Assembly (NCBI GenBank): GCA_034521955.1
Contig: JAXHLT010000003.1
Location: forward strand, 153,778-217,777
Length of the DNA: 64,000 nucleotides
Direction of reading: 5' to 3'
From: Halanaerobiales bacterium
GTDB taxonomy: Bacteria > Bacillota > Halanaerobiia > Halanaerobiales > M55B127
The translations under genes and the position numbers were made by a program. Below the pieces are notes generated by a model that was not told the DNA's origin, did not search any database, and was given only the letters and a program-made list of their open reading frames with translations. Below, in pieces: positions 8,826-18,195 of the stretch (positions are counted from its first letter, which is position 1; every line of letters starts with the position of its first letter).

Positions 8826-9989
8826 ATGTTTAAAAAGGTTAACTGGAAAATAACTGGACTTATAATAGTTTTATTAATAATTGTTTTATCTTTTTCTATA
8901 TATTTAAACGATGATTTTAGTTTATTAGATATAAATCCTTTTCGTGAATCAAAGCTAAATATATTAGTTGCTGGTTATGATTCAAATATAAACGGTCCAC
9001 CTAGGGCAGATACAATTATAGTAGCTAGTGTTGATTTGAGTTCTAATCAAATTGGACTATTATTTATTCCTAGAGATACAAGAGTAAAAATAAATGGCAG
9101 GGGATATGACAGGATTAATGCTTCCCATGCTTATGGTGGAATTGAATTACTAGATGAAACTGTGGAAAACTTTATTGATGTAAAAATAGATTATTATTTG
9201 GAAACAGATTTCAATGGATTTGCAGATATTATTGATCTTCTAGGTGGACTTGATATACATATAGATAAACCATTACATTATGTAGATAAGGCAGGGGGAT
9301 TATATATTGATCTTCCAGCTGGTGATGTTCATTTAAATGGTGAAAAGGCACTTCAATATGTGAGATATCGAGGTAAACTAGGAGATATAGGAAGAGTTTC
9401 AAGGCAGCAGAAGTTTGTTGAAGCCTTAATGGATAAAGCAATATCTTCTCAAACATTATTTAATTCACCATCAATATATAAAGAAGTAATGAATTCCGTA
9501 AATACAAATATACCACTAAAAGATGTAACACCATTTTTAAAGTTGGCAAACAAACTTGATTTAAGTAAGGTAAAAACAGAAATGGTACCGGGAAAACCAG
9601 AATATATAAATAATGCTAGTTACTGGATAGCAGATGAAGATGCATTAGATATAATGGTAGATAATTTAATCAGAAGTAAAGAATATATCCAAAATGATAA
9701 ATATTATATTACTATTTTAAATGGTAATGGTGTATCTGGAGTTGCTACTAAAACTGCAGATGAACTAAAAAAATATGGATTTAATATAAATGATATATCT
9801 AATGCCGATAGGTATGATTATGAAGATACCATTATTTATTATAAAGAAGATGAAAAAGTAGCAAATGGAATTCAGGAAATTCTAGGTGGAGTAGTAGAAA
9901 ATTCAGAAGAAATTGAAGCCGATTTTCAGATTATATTAGGAGAAAAGTTTTTAGATAATTCATTAGTGAAAAAGGAGGAACTTAATTAA
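8826..9989 (+). CDS. LytR-CpsA-Psr (LCP) family cell-envelope protein
   Basis: N-terminal TM segment, then LCP blocks RADTIIVASVD, LFIPRDT and NASHAYGG, with a LytR_C-like C-terminus. Confidence 0.85.
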   Translation: MFKKVNWKITGLIIVLLIIVLSFSIYLNDDFSLLDINPFRESKLNILVAGYDSNINGPPRADTIIVASVDLSSNQIGLLFIPRDTRVKINGRGYDRINASHAYGGIELLDETVENFIDVKIDYYLETDFNGFADIIDLLGGLDIHIDKPLHYVDKAGGLYIDLPAGDVHLNGEKALQYVRYRGKLGDIGRVSRQQKFVEALMDKAISSQTLFNSPSIYKEVMNSVNTNIPLKDVTPFLKLANKLDLSKVKTEMVPGKPEYINNASYWIADEDALDIMVDNLIRSKEYIQNDKYYITILNGNGVSGVATKTADELKKYGFNINDISNADRYDYEDTIIYYKEDEKVANGIQEILGGVVENSEEIEADFQIILGEKFLDNSLVKKEELN

Positions 9990-10351
9990 TGTCAAAAGAT
10001 AATTTCAAAAAAATTGCTGAACTTGCAGCTGAAGCTGCAGATGATAAAAAGGCATTTGATATAGAGATATTAAATGTTGAAGGATTAACTATAATAGCAG
10101 ATTACTTTGTTATTTGTTCAGGTAATACAGATAAACAAGTACAGGCTATTGCAAGAGCAGTCGAAGAAAAATTAGACGAGGAAGGTATTTATCCTAAACA
10201 GATTGCAGGAAAAGATGAAGGTAGATGGATACTGATGGACTATGCTGATGTAATTGTACATGTTTTTCATAAACATGAAAGACAATACTATGAACTTGAT
10301 AGATTATGGGCTGATGCTGAAAAGATATTGAAAAAAGAAGAAACTTCTTGA
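9989..10351 (+). CDS. rsfS: Ribosome silencing factor RsfS (iojap)
   Basis: ADYFVICSGNTDKQVQAIA and WILMDYADVIVHVF motifs. Confidence 0.9.
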   Translation: MSKDNFKKIAELAAEAADDKKAFDIEILNVEGLTIIADYFVICSGNTDKQVQAIARAVEEKLDEEGIYPKQIAGKDEGRWILMDYADVIVHVFHKHERQYYELDRLWADAEKILKKEETS

Positions 10352-10394
10352 CTTTAAGCCTATAAATTATTATAATTTTTTATATAGATAAATA

Positions 10395-10627
10395 TTGATA
10401 ATAAGGGCAATGAAAGAAAGTAGTAATAGTATTGTATTTTAAGAGAGCTGCTGGTTGGTGAAAAGCGGTAATATAATATTATGAACTCGTTCTGGAGCCT
10501 ATACTGTTGAAATTTAAGTAGATGGTATCGTAAAAATGCGTTAAGTTTTTTAAGTGGATAACTACTATCTATTAGGGTGGTACCACGGGTAATCAACTCG
10601 TCCCTTGCTTGGGGATGGGTTTTTTTA
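10395..10627 (+). promoter_or_regulatory. T-box riboswitch leader of leuS (candidate specifier CUC, Leu) with terminator
   Basis: AGAGAG / GGUUGGUGAAAAGC stem-I elements. Candidate specifier GAA-CUC-G at 10486-10488. T-box AUUAGGGUGGUACCACGG at 10571-10588. Terminator ACUCGUCCC-UUGCUUG-GGGAUGGGU plus U7 at 10595-10627. Confidence 0.85.
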
Positions 10628-10667
10628 TTTTATAATATATTATTAGTTAATCAAGGGGGAATTATAA

Positions 10668-13165
10668 GTGAAAGATTATTATAATTTTAAAGAAATTGAG
10701 AAAAAGTGGCAAAAAAAATGGGATGATGAAAGTCTTTACAAAACAAAAAATAAAGATAAAAAAGATAATTATTATGTATTAGAAATGTTTCCTTATCCTT
10801 CTGGCAAGTTACATATGGGCCATGTAAGAGTATATTCAATTGGTGATGTCATTGCTCGTTTTAAAAGAATGAAGGGACTAAATGTGCTTCATCCAATGGG
10901 TTGGGATGCATTTGGACTTCCTGCTGAAAATGCAGCAATTAAGCATGGTAATATCCATCCAAGAGAATGGACCTGGGATAATATTGCAAGTATGAAAGAA
11001 CAGATGAAATCTTTAGGACTAAGTTATGACTGGGATCGAGAAGTTGCAACTGCTGATCCTGATTATTATAAGTGGACACAATGGTTTTTTGTAAAAATGT
11101 TTGAAAATGATTTGGCATATAAAAAAGAACAGGCTGTGAACTGGTGTCCAAGTTGTGATACTGTATTGGCTAATGAACAGGTTGTAAATGATCGTTGTGA
11201 GCGTTGTGATACTTTAGTTGAACAAAAAGAATTAGAACAGTGGTTTTTAAAAATTACAGATTATGCTGATGAACTTCTAGAAGGTCATGATAAATTAGAC
11301 TGGCCGGAAAGAGTTAAAACAATGCAGAAAAACTGGATTGGTAAAAGTGAAGGAATGAGAATAAAGTTTCCAATTGAAGAGATAAAAAAAGAACTTGAAG
11401 TTTTTACCACAAGGCCAGATACAATTTATGGTGCAACATATATGGTATTAGCACCTGAACATCCATATGTTGATGAATTAATTGAAGGTAAAGATAATGA
11501 AAAAGAAATTAGAGAATTCATAAAAGACGTTAAAGCACAAAAAGAAATGGAAAGAACTTCAGCCTGAATCAGAAAAAGAAGGTATTTTTACTGGTAGTTA
11601 TGCTACAAATCCAATGACAGGTGAAAAGATACCTATTTTAATAGCAAATTATGTATTGATGGGTTATGGAACTGGAGCTATAATGGCTGTACCTGCTCAT
11701 GATCAAAGAGACTTTGATTTTGCAAAAAAATATGATCTTCCAATTACAGCAGTAATTCAACCTGATGAAAAGGAAGAAAAACTAGATGGATCTAAAATGG
11801 AAGAAGCATATAGTGAGGATGGCTATTTAATAAACTCTGAAAAATATAATGATCTAAGTGTTAAGGATGCTTTTGATGCTGTTGCTGATGATATGGAAGA
11901 AAAAAATATTGGTAATAGGGAAGAAAATTATAGATTAAGAGATTGGTTAATTTCAAGACAAAGGTACTGGGGAACTCCAATACCAATTGTTTATTGTGAT
12001 GAATGTGGAGCAGTACCAGTTCCTGAAGAAGAATTACCAGTTGTATTACCAGATGATGTAGAATTTTCACATACTGGAGTTTCTCCTCTAGCAAAGTCTG
12101 AAGAATTTGTTAATACCACTTGTCCTAAATGTGGTGGAGATGCTAAAAGAGAAATAGATACTATGGATACTTTTGTTGATTCATCCTGGTATTTTTTAAG
12201 ATATATTGATCCTAATAATAAAATGGCACCTGTTGGTAAAGAGAAAGCTAATGATTGGTTTCCAGTAGATCAATATATTGGTGGTATTGAACATGCCATA
12301 CTTCACTTATTATATGCTAGATTTTTTACAAAAGTAATAAGAGACCTAGATTTAATTGATGATGGTGAACCATTTACTAAATGGTTAGCACAGGGTATGG
12401 TCTTAAAAGATGGAGATAAAATGTCTAAGTCAAAGGGCAATGTTGTAGACCCTAGTAAAATACTTGATGAATACGGTGCTGATACAGCAAGATTATTTAT
12501 CCTTTTTGCTTCACCACCTGAAAAAGACTTAGAGTGGAGTGATAAAGGAGTTGAAGGAGCCAACAGGTTCTTAAATAGGGTTTGGAGATTTGTCTCTGAA
12601 CACATTGAGCTCATTAAAGATATTGATGTAGAAAAAATTAACATTGATCAAAATAATCTAACTGATCAGGAAAAAGAACTTCATAGAAAGTTACATGAAA
12701 CTATTCAAAAGGTTACTGAAGATATTGAAGAAAGACTGAACTTTAATACAGCTATAAGTGCTATAATGGAACTTGTAAATGAAATATATCATTATGTAGG
12801 TAATAATGATGAAATAAATGAAGAACTTATTAACACTTGTTTCTGAAAAATTAGTACTAATGCTTGCACCTTTTGCTCCTCATATGAGTGAAGAACTATG
12901 GAATAAAATGGGACATAATGATACAGTCAATCGAGCAAAATGGCCTGAATTTAGTAAAGAGGCTATCAAAAAAGATGAAGTAACAATAGTTATTCAAATT
13001 AATGGTAAGGTTAGAGACAAAGTTGATGTAGATGCTGATATATCAAAAGATAAACTTAAAGAAAAAGTTTTTAATCAAGATAAGGTAAAAAAATATACAG
13101 AAGGTAAAGAAATTATAAAAACTATTGTTATACCTAAAAAATTAGTAAATGTTGTTGTAAAGTAA
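10668..13165 (+). pseudogene. leuS: Leucine--tRNA ligase, reading frame interrupted twice as given (probably a sequence artefact, not a dead gene)
   Basis: Three collinear pieces: 10668-11567, then to 12846, then to 13165. HIGH motif [11 protein letters not shown] and KMSKS motif KMSKSKGN are present. Break 1 is at GCC-TGA (11562-11567), where the next frame is +1 and reads [23 protein letters not shown]. Break 2 is within 12818-12846, again +1, reading LVLMLAPFAPHMSEELW. GTG start with SD AAGGGGGA. Confidence 0.9.
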
Positions 13166-13185
13166 TATTTTAAAAATATAATTTA

Positions 13186-13216
13186 AAACCCCTGTTTTAA
13201 TAGCAGGGGTTTTTTG
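13186..13216 (+). terminator. Intrinsic terminator after leuS
   Basis: AAAACCCCTG-TTTTAATA-GCAGGGGTTTT followed by a T run. Confidence 0.8.
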
Positions 13217-13254
13217 ATATAATGTAAGTAAACTTAGTGTGAGGTGAAAAAATA

Positions 13255-13464
13255 TTGAAAAGAGAGTATAAGTGTGAAAAATGTGGAAATAAAGAATACG
13301 ATAAATCTGAGATTAGAACCACTGGAGGCAAATTATCTAAACTGTTTGATGTACAAAACAAGAAATTTGTTGCAGTAAGTTGTACTAACTGTGGATACAC
13401 AGAGTTTTATAAAATAAATGACAGTGGTACATTAAGTAATATATTTGATTTTTTAACTAATTAA
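13255..13464 (+). CDS. Small zinc-ribbon protein
   Basis: Two CxxC pairs (CEKCGN ... CTNCGY). TTG start. Confidence 0.6.
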   Translation: MKREYKCEKCGNKEYDKSEIRTTGGKLSKLFDVQNKKFVAVSCTNCGYTEFYKINDSGTLSNIFDFLTN

Positions 13465-13486
13465 TAGATATAGGGGTGTATTAAAA

Positions 13487-14324
13487 ATGTCTGGAATAGT
13501 ATTTATGAAAACAAAAATGTTAGATGAACTATCAACATTTTATACAGAAAAAATTGGGATGGATGTGTGGTTGGACCAAGGTCAAGTGTAAAATATTTGA
13601 AAAAGGAAATTTGCAAATTGGGTTCTGCCAGTCTGATGAGGTAGAAAATGATGGTGTTATTACATATTACTATAACTCTAAGGAAAAAGTAGATCAAATA
13701 CATAAACAATTAACCGGAAAAGTTAAAATTTTAAAGTCTCCTCAAGAAAATAAAAAGTTTGATATTTATCAATTTTTTGCTGAGGATCCAGAAGGAAGAA
13801 CTTTAGAATTTCAATCTTTTTTACATGATACAAAGCCATATTTAAGTGGTAAAGAACTGTTATTAAATCGACGCAGTTATAGAGAATATTCTGATCGAGA
13901 AGTTAGTGATGAAGTAATAAAAAAGGTGATTGATATTAGTAGATATGCACCTACCTCAATGAATTCACAATCTTATTATTTTAAGATTATAAGAGACAGA
14001 GAATTAATTTGTGACTTATCTACTATCAGAAAAACTGCTTCTGAACCAATAAAAAAAGCACCGATAGCAGTTGCAATTTGTTCTGATAATGAGCTTTCCA
14101 ATCGGTATAAACAAGATGGAGATATAGCTGCATATCACTTTATGTTAGCTGCTAGACTGTATAATTTAGGGACATGTTGGATTGCTGATATGGATCGTGA
14201 AAGCATTAAAAAGAAATTAAATATACCAATTGAACATTATATTGCGACAATTACACCGGTTGGTTATATTAAAGAGGAAACTAAAGCACCAAAAAGAAAA
14301 GAAATAGCAAAATATATTAGATAA
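13487..14324 (+). pseudogene. VOC (glyoxalase-fold) domain fused to a nitroreductase domain, frame broken once near the 5' end
   Basis: ATG at 13487 (SD AGGGGTG) gives MSGIVFMKTKMLDELSTFYTEKIGMDVWLDQGQV, then a stop at 13589-13591. The +1 frame continues CKIFEKGNLQIGFCQSDE...FFAEDPEGRTLEF (VOC fold) and then the nitroreductase block LLNRRSYREYSD...APTSMNSQ...GTCWI. Confidence 0.7.
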
Positions 14325-14340
14325 ATTTAGGAGTGTTTTT

Positions 14341-14799
14341 ATGAGAGAAAAAGCCTGTGTTGTAGATGTAAATGGGAATCAAGCCAAGGTTGTTGTAACT
14401 AGGTATTCTGCTTGTAGTAAGTGTGATAAAGATTGTATATTAGGAATGGAAGAGAGTCATGAACAAGATAGCATATATGTTGAGGTAAATAATGATAAGA
14501 ATGCTGAAGTCGGTGATACAGTTAGTATTGAACTAAAAGACAGTTCATTAGTAATGGGTTCTTTAATTATTTATCTTATTCCACTGTTATTTTTTGTAGG
14601 AGGATACTTTGTTGGGATAAGGTTAAATTTTTTAACAGGTTCTATTTCACAAGAACTAACGGGTATTATATCTTCATTTGTCTTTTTATATCTTTCATTT
14701 TTAATTACAAGAAAAATTGATAAAAAAATTTCAAAAACAAATAAATTTAAATCTGAAATGGTAGGAATTGTTTCGAAAAATAATCCGACAAGGAAGTGA
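14341..14799 (+). CDS. RseC/MucC-family membrane protein
   Basis: N-terminal Cys-containing beta domain (ACSKCDKDC) with VGDTVSIEL, followed by two TM helices; this is the family layout. Confidence 0.65.
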   Translation: MREKACVVDVNGNQAKVVVTRYSACSKCDKDCILGMEESHEQDSIYVEVNNDKNAEVGDTVSIELKDSSLVMGSLIIYLIPLLFFVGGYFVGIRLNFLTGSISQELTGIISSFVFLYLSFLITRKIDKKISKTNKFKSEMVGIVSKNNPTRK

Positions 14800-14803
14800 T
14801 AAT

Positions 14804-15076
14804 GTGAATTCTATTTCTGAGGAAGTAAAAGATGATTTAATAGTTAGGTTAAATAGAATAGAGGGACAGACTCGTGGAGTAAAAAAGATGATTGAAAATG
14901 AAAAGTACTGTGTTGATATTTTAACACAGATTGTAGCTGTAAGAGGTGCCTTAAAAAAGGTTGCTTTAAAGGTTTTACAGGAACACATAGATGGCTGTGT
15001 ACAAAGATCTTTAAAAAATGATGATGAGGAAATCATAGATGAATTATTAGATGTTGTAAATAGATTTATTGATTAA
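14804..15076 (+). CDS. CsoR/RcnR-family metal-sensing transcriptional repressor
   Basis: RLNRIEGQTRGVKKMIENEKYCVDILTQIVAVRGAL...HIDGCV, which carries the C-H-C ligand pattern. Likely GTG start at 14804 after SD AAGGAAG. The track ORF begins at 14768, inside the preceding gene. Confidence 0.8.
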   Translation: MNSISEEVKDDLIVRLNRIEGQTRGVKKMIENEKYCVDILTQIVAVRGALKKVALKVLQEHIDGCVQRSLKNDDEEIIDELLDVVNRFID

Positions 15077-15162
15077 TTTTTTGATTTGAATACAAAGAAA
15101 ATATTTTAAAATAAATTTTATTATTAATAAGAATTGATTTGTAAGTATTAAGCCTTGATTCC

Positions 15163-15189
15163 AAACAGGAGTTCACCTCCTGTTTTTTA
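15163..15189 (+). terminator. Intrinsic terminator after the csoR-like gene
   Basis: AAACAGGAG-TTCAC-CTCCTGTTT followed by TTTT. Confidence 0.8.
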
Positions 15190-15335
15190 AATTTAAAAAA
15201 GGGATAAATAACATCATGTTGAATTAAAAAGATACGCTTGAAAATTAAAAACATTTAATATCTAAATCAAATTGAAATATTAAAATGATTATGTTATTAT
15301 AAATGATGCTGCCTAAAGAGTCAGGAGTGATAATA

Positions 15336-15971
15336 ATGCAGCATTTAGATTATTTAAAAGTTCCAAAAGTTTTGATTAAAGATGATAGATTAAGTGATAA
15401 AGAAGTAGGTCAACTCACTAGACTTTTTTTAAAAAGTGAAATTACTAGTCTATCAAATAAGACTAAATGGTTGATTGATAAAGAGATCATAAGTGATTTC
15501 AAATTACTTGATTCACTATTTATTAAGGGATGGTTGGCTAAAGAAGATGGTAATGTTTTTCTAACAATACCAGCTAAACTGATTAGTCAAAACATAGAAA
15601 GCAAAGAAAAAGAATATAATGAGAAGGGTTCAAAAATTGCCCGTAATTGGGATAAATATTTTGGAACATTAAACTTGACTCCAACTTTTTTAGAAAAACT
15701 ATTATCATTTATAAATGATGGTATTAGTGAAGATGTAGTTGTTGAGGTAATCAAAATAAGTTCTAAGAAAGCAAAGGGTAATCCAACAAATTATATAATT
15801 TCATTACTAAGAGACTATCTAAATAGATCAATATATACTATACACGACTTCAAAGAAGAAAAACAAAGGATGGAAGAGTATGAAAAAAGACTTCAAGAAA
15901 TTAATCGAAAAAAAGAAAAGAGAGATGAAGACGAAACCCTCGAAGACTACTACAAAAAGGGATATAGATAA
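15336..15971 (+). CDS. DnaD-domain replication/primosome protein (DnaB_2-type C-terminal domain)
   Basis: NWDKYFG...TPTFLEKLLSFINDGISEDVVVEVIKISSKKAKGNPTNYIISLLRDY is DnaD/DnaB_2-like. ATG at 15336 follows SD GGAGTG. Confidence 0.7.
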   Translation: MQHLDYLKVPKVLIKDDRLSDKEVGQLTRLFLKSEITSLSNKTKWLIDKEIISDFKLLDSLFIKGWLAKEDGNVFLTIPAKLISQNIESKEKEYNEKGSKIARNWDKYFGTLNLTPTFLEKLLSFINDGISEDVVVEVIKISSKKAKGNPTNYIISLLRDYLNRSIYTIHDFKEEKQRMEEYEKRLQEINRKKEKRDEDETLEDYYKKGYR

Positions 15972-16725
15972 ACATATTCCAAAGGAAAAAGCAATTAAAA
16001 AAATATATGATATAATAATTGAAAACAGCCATATTCCACCCAAATTTGATAATGCTAGTTTTTCAACTTTCAATTTTAGTGCTTGTCCCCAAGAAAATGT
16101 TAAAAAAATAAAAACTATAAAAACCTATGCTAAAAATATATTAACTGCAATTAAAGGACCACAATCGGTTTATATTTACAGTAAATTTAATGGTTGTGGG
16201 AAAACACATGTTGCTATAGCCGCTTTAAAAACTGCTGCGAAAGTTTTTGCACAGGAAATATATAATAAAAAGCCTGAATATTATTCAAGAAGAGGAGTAT
16301 CATTTAGTGACTTTAATTGGCGTCCGGTGTTTTTTATGAGTGAAGTCAATTATCTATGGAAAAAACGACAGTTTAACTCTTCAAATCAAGATCTTAAACG
16401 AGAATTAGATACTATAGAAAATGCTGTAATGAACTCTAAATTACTTGTTATTGATGATTTTTTAAGAGAACGCAATACTGATTTTGTATTTGGAAATTTA
16501 ACCGCTTGGTTAAATCATAGATATGATTATAATAAACCAGTAATCTTTACTTCAAATAGTGATTTCTTTAAAATGGCACAAAATAATGAAAAAAATCCAT
16601 ATTACAATACAAATCATCATAAAGCTGCAACATACTTAGCGTCTCGTATAAGTGAGATGACAAAAGGATATCAATTTTTATTTTTAAGTTCTCCTAAAGA
16701 TGATTATAGGCAGAACAGTTATTAA
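15880..16725 (+). CDS. DnaC/DnaI-like AAA+ helicase loader
   Basis: Walker A GCGKTH and Walker B LLVIDDF, with a TSN sensor motif. The only possible starts (ATG 15880 or 15925) lie inside the preceding gene, so the exact start is uncertain. Confidence 0.75.
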   Translation: MKKDFKKLIEKKKREMKTKPSKTTTKRDIDKHIPKEKAIKKIYDIIIENSHIPPKFDNASFSTFNFSACPQENVKKIKTIKTYAKNILTAIKGPQSVYIYSKFNGCGKTHVAIAALKTAAKVFAQEIYNKKPEYYSRRGVSFSDFNWRPVFFMSEVNYLWKKRQFNSSNQDLKRELDTIENAVMNSKLLVIDDFLRERNTDFVFGNLTAWLNHRYDYNKPVIFTSNSDFFKMAQNNEKNPYYNTNHHKAATYLASRISEMTKGYQFLFLSSPKDDYRQNSY

Positions 16726-16743
16726 AGTGGAGGCGATTAGACA

Positions 16744-17088
16744 TTGTTATCAAGAACTGAAACATTATTAAAGTTAATTGAGTTAAGAAAAATGATCCAA
16801 GTAAAAGAAAATAATTCAAGGCAGGATATTACATACCACTCTGAAATTAAAAATCATATTGAACAGTTAATTCATGACATTGCAGGTTTACCTGAAGAGG
16901 CAAGATATGTTATCAATGAGATAATTAATAAAGTTATTAATCAGGACATCTCCACTAAAACTGCTGTTGTAGCTATCCATGAAATTTATAAGGAATTTAA
17001 TGATATACATCAGATAAAAAATAAGAAGAAAGAGAAAAAAGATAAATCATATAATGTAAGCAAGATGTATAAAAATGGATATAGGTAA
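16744..17088 (+). CDS. Hypothetical small protein with a C-terminal tail paralogous to the DnaD-like protein
   Basis: TTG start after SD GGAGG. Ends ...KKKEKKDKSYNVSKMYKNGYR, compared with ...KKEKRDEDETLEDYYKKGYR for ORF 15336-15971. Confidence 0.5.
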   Translation: MLSRTETLLKLIELRKMIQVKENNSRQDITYHSEIKNHIEQLIHDIAGLPEEARYVINEIINKVINQDISTKTAVVAIHEIYKEFNDIHQIKNKKKEKKDKSYNVSKMYKNGYR

Positions 17089-17135
17089 ATGTTTTAATAT
17101 AATATAACTAATAAAAGTTGAAAGGATGAAAATAG

Positions 17136-17741
17136 TTGTCACAATTATTAATTGGAATAGCAGGAGGAACGGCTTCTGGTAAAACTACATTGGCCAAAAT
17201 ATTAAAGGATTCTTTTAAAGATGATGTAACTATGTTAAAACATGATTTTTATTACTATGATAAGAGTCATTTTGATGTAGCTGAAAATAAAATTAATTTT
17301 GATCATCCTGATTCTTTTCAAACAGAACTTTTAGTTAAACATTTAAAAAGTTTAGTAGCTGGGTCACCTATTGAGCGTCCTGTTTATTCATATAAGACTA
17401 ATGAAAGATTATCAGAAATAAAAACAGTTAATCCTTCACCTATTATAATTGTTGAAGGAATCTTAATATTTCACTACCTAAAGTTAAGAGAACTTTTTGA
17501 CCTTAAAATATATATTGATACAGATGCAGATATTAGATTATTAAGAAGAATTAATCGCGATATAAAAAATAGGGGAAGAACTTTTGATTCGGTTAAAAAT
17601 CAATATCTTTCTACTGTAAAACCAATGCATGAAAAATATGTAGAGCCTACAAAATATAAATCTGATATAATTATACCAAATGGTGGCTTAAATGATATCG
17701 CAAATGATCTAATAATCAAAAAAATTAAATCACATCTTTAA
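17136..17741 (+). CDS. udk: Uridine kinase
   Basis: P-loop GIAGGTASGKTT and an IVEGIL / RRINRDIKNRGR pattern. TTG start. Confidence 0.9.
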   Translation: MSQLLIGIAGGTASGKTTLAKILKDSFKDDVTMLKHDFYYYDKSHFDVAENKINFDHPDSFQTELLVKHLKSLVAGSPIERPVYSYKTNERLSEIKTVNPSPIIIVEGILIFHYLKLRELFDLKIYIDTDADIRLLRRINRDIKNRGRTFDSVKNQYLSTVKPMHEKYVEPTKYKSDIIIPNGGLNDIANDLIIKKIKSHL

Positions 17742-17880
17742 ACTTATCCCTTAACCGGGATTTTTTTATTATCAATAAAGGAAAATAATGTTAATTATAG
17801 AAATAAATAGATATAGGAGGTGATCTAATATCAATTCTAAAGTTGTTAATTCTATATCTATTTTAGCAATTATCTTATTA

Positions 17881-18189
17881 TTGATGACTGTATTTAATTA
17901 TTATAATCAAAAAAATATTAGTGAAAATTATAAAAATATTTCTATAAGCAAATTTAAAGAAAATGAATTTAATACATATTATGATGCAAAAGATAATAAT
18001 ATGATAGAAGTATATATTGGTGGAGCTGTAAAAAACCCAGGTACTTATCAAGTAAAAAAGAGTTTATCTATAGATGAGATAATTCAAGATTATGTAATTT
18101 TAGAAAATGCAGCTGATCTGTCAAAAATAAATAAAAATAAAAAGATACAACATAAAGACAGAGTAATTATACCCCAAAAAAGGAACTGA
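17881..18189 (+). CDS. ComEA-like SLBB-domain protein (no HhH domain); true start probably upstream
   Basis: VYIGGAVKNPGTYQV...DRVIIP is the SLBB motif of ComEA N-terminal domains. The frame is open from 17824 and encodes a TM segment (SISILAIILLLMTVF). SD GGAGGTGA at 17816-17823 is followed only by ATC/ATA-type codons. Confidence 0.6.
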   Translation: MMTVFNYYNQKNISENYKNISISKFKENEFNTYYDAKDNNMIEVYIGGAVKNPGTYQVKKSLSIDEIIQDYVILENAADLSKINKNKKIQHKDRVIIPQKRN

Positions 18190-18195
18190 TAAAAT

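Noticed and set aside
11562-11567. Programmed +1 frameshift or UGA recoding at GCC-UGA in leuS
   Set aside because: No SD-like stimulator or obvious downstream structure is present. Eight other +1 breaks elsewhere in the window have the same character, so error is more parsimonious.
15303-17088. DnaD-like plus DnaC-like genes as a prophage or plasmid replication module
   Set aside because: No integrase, att-like repeats, structural or lysis genes are present. The flanks are housekeeping genes with no compositional break visible by eye. DnaD-domain plus loader pairs are normal chromosomal primosome genes in Firmicutes.
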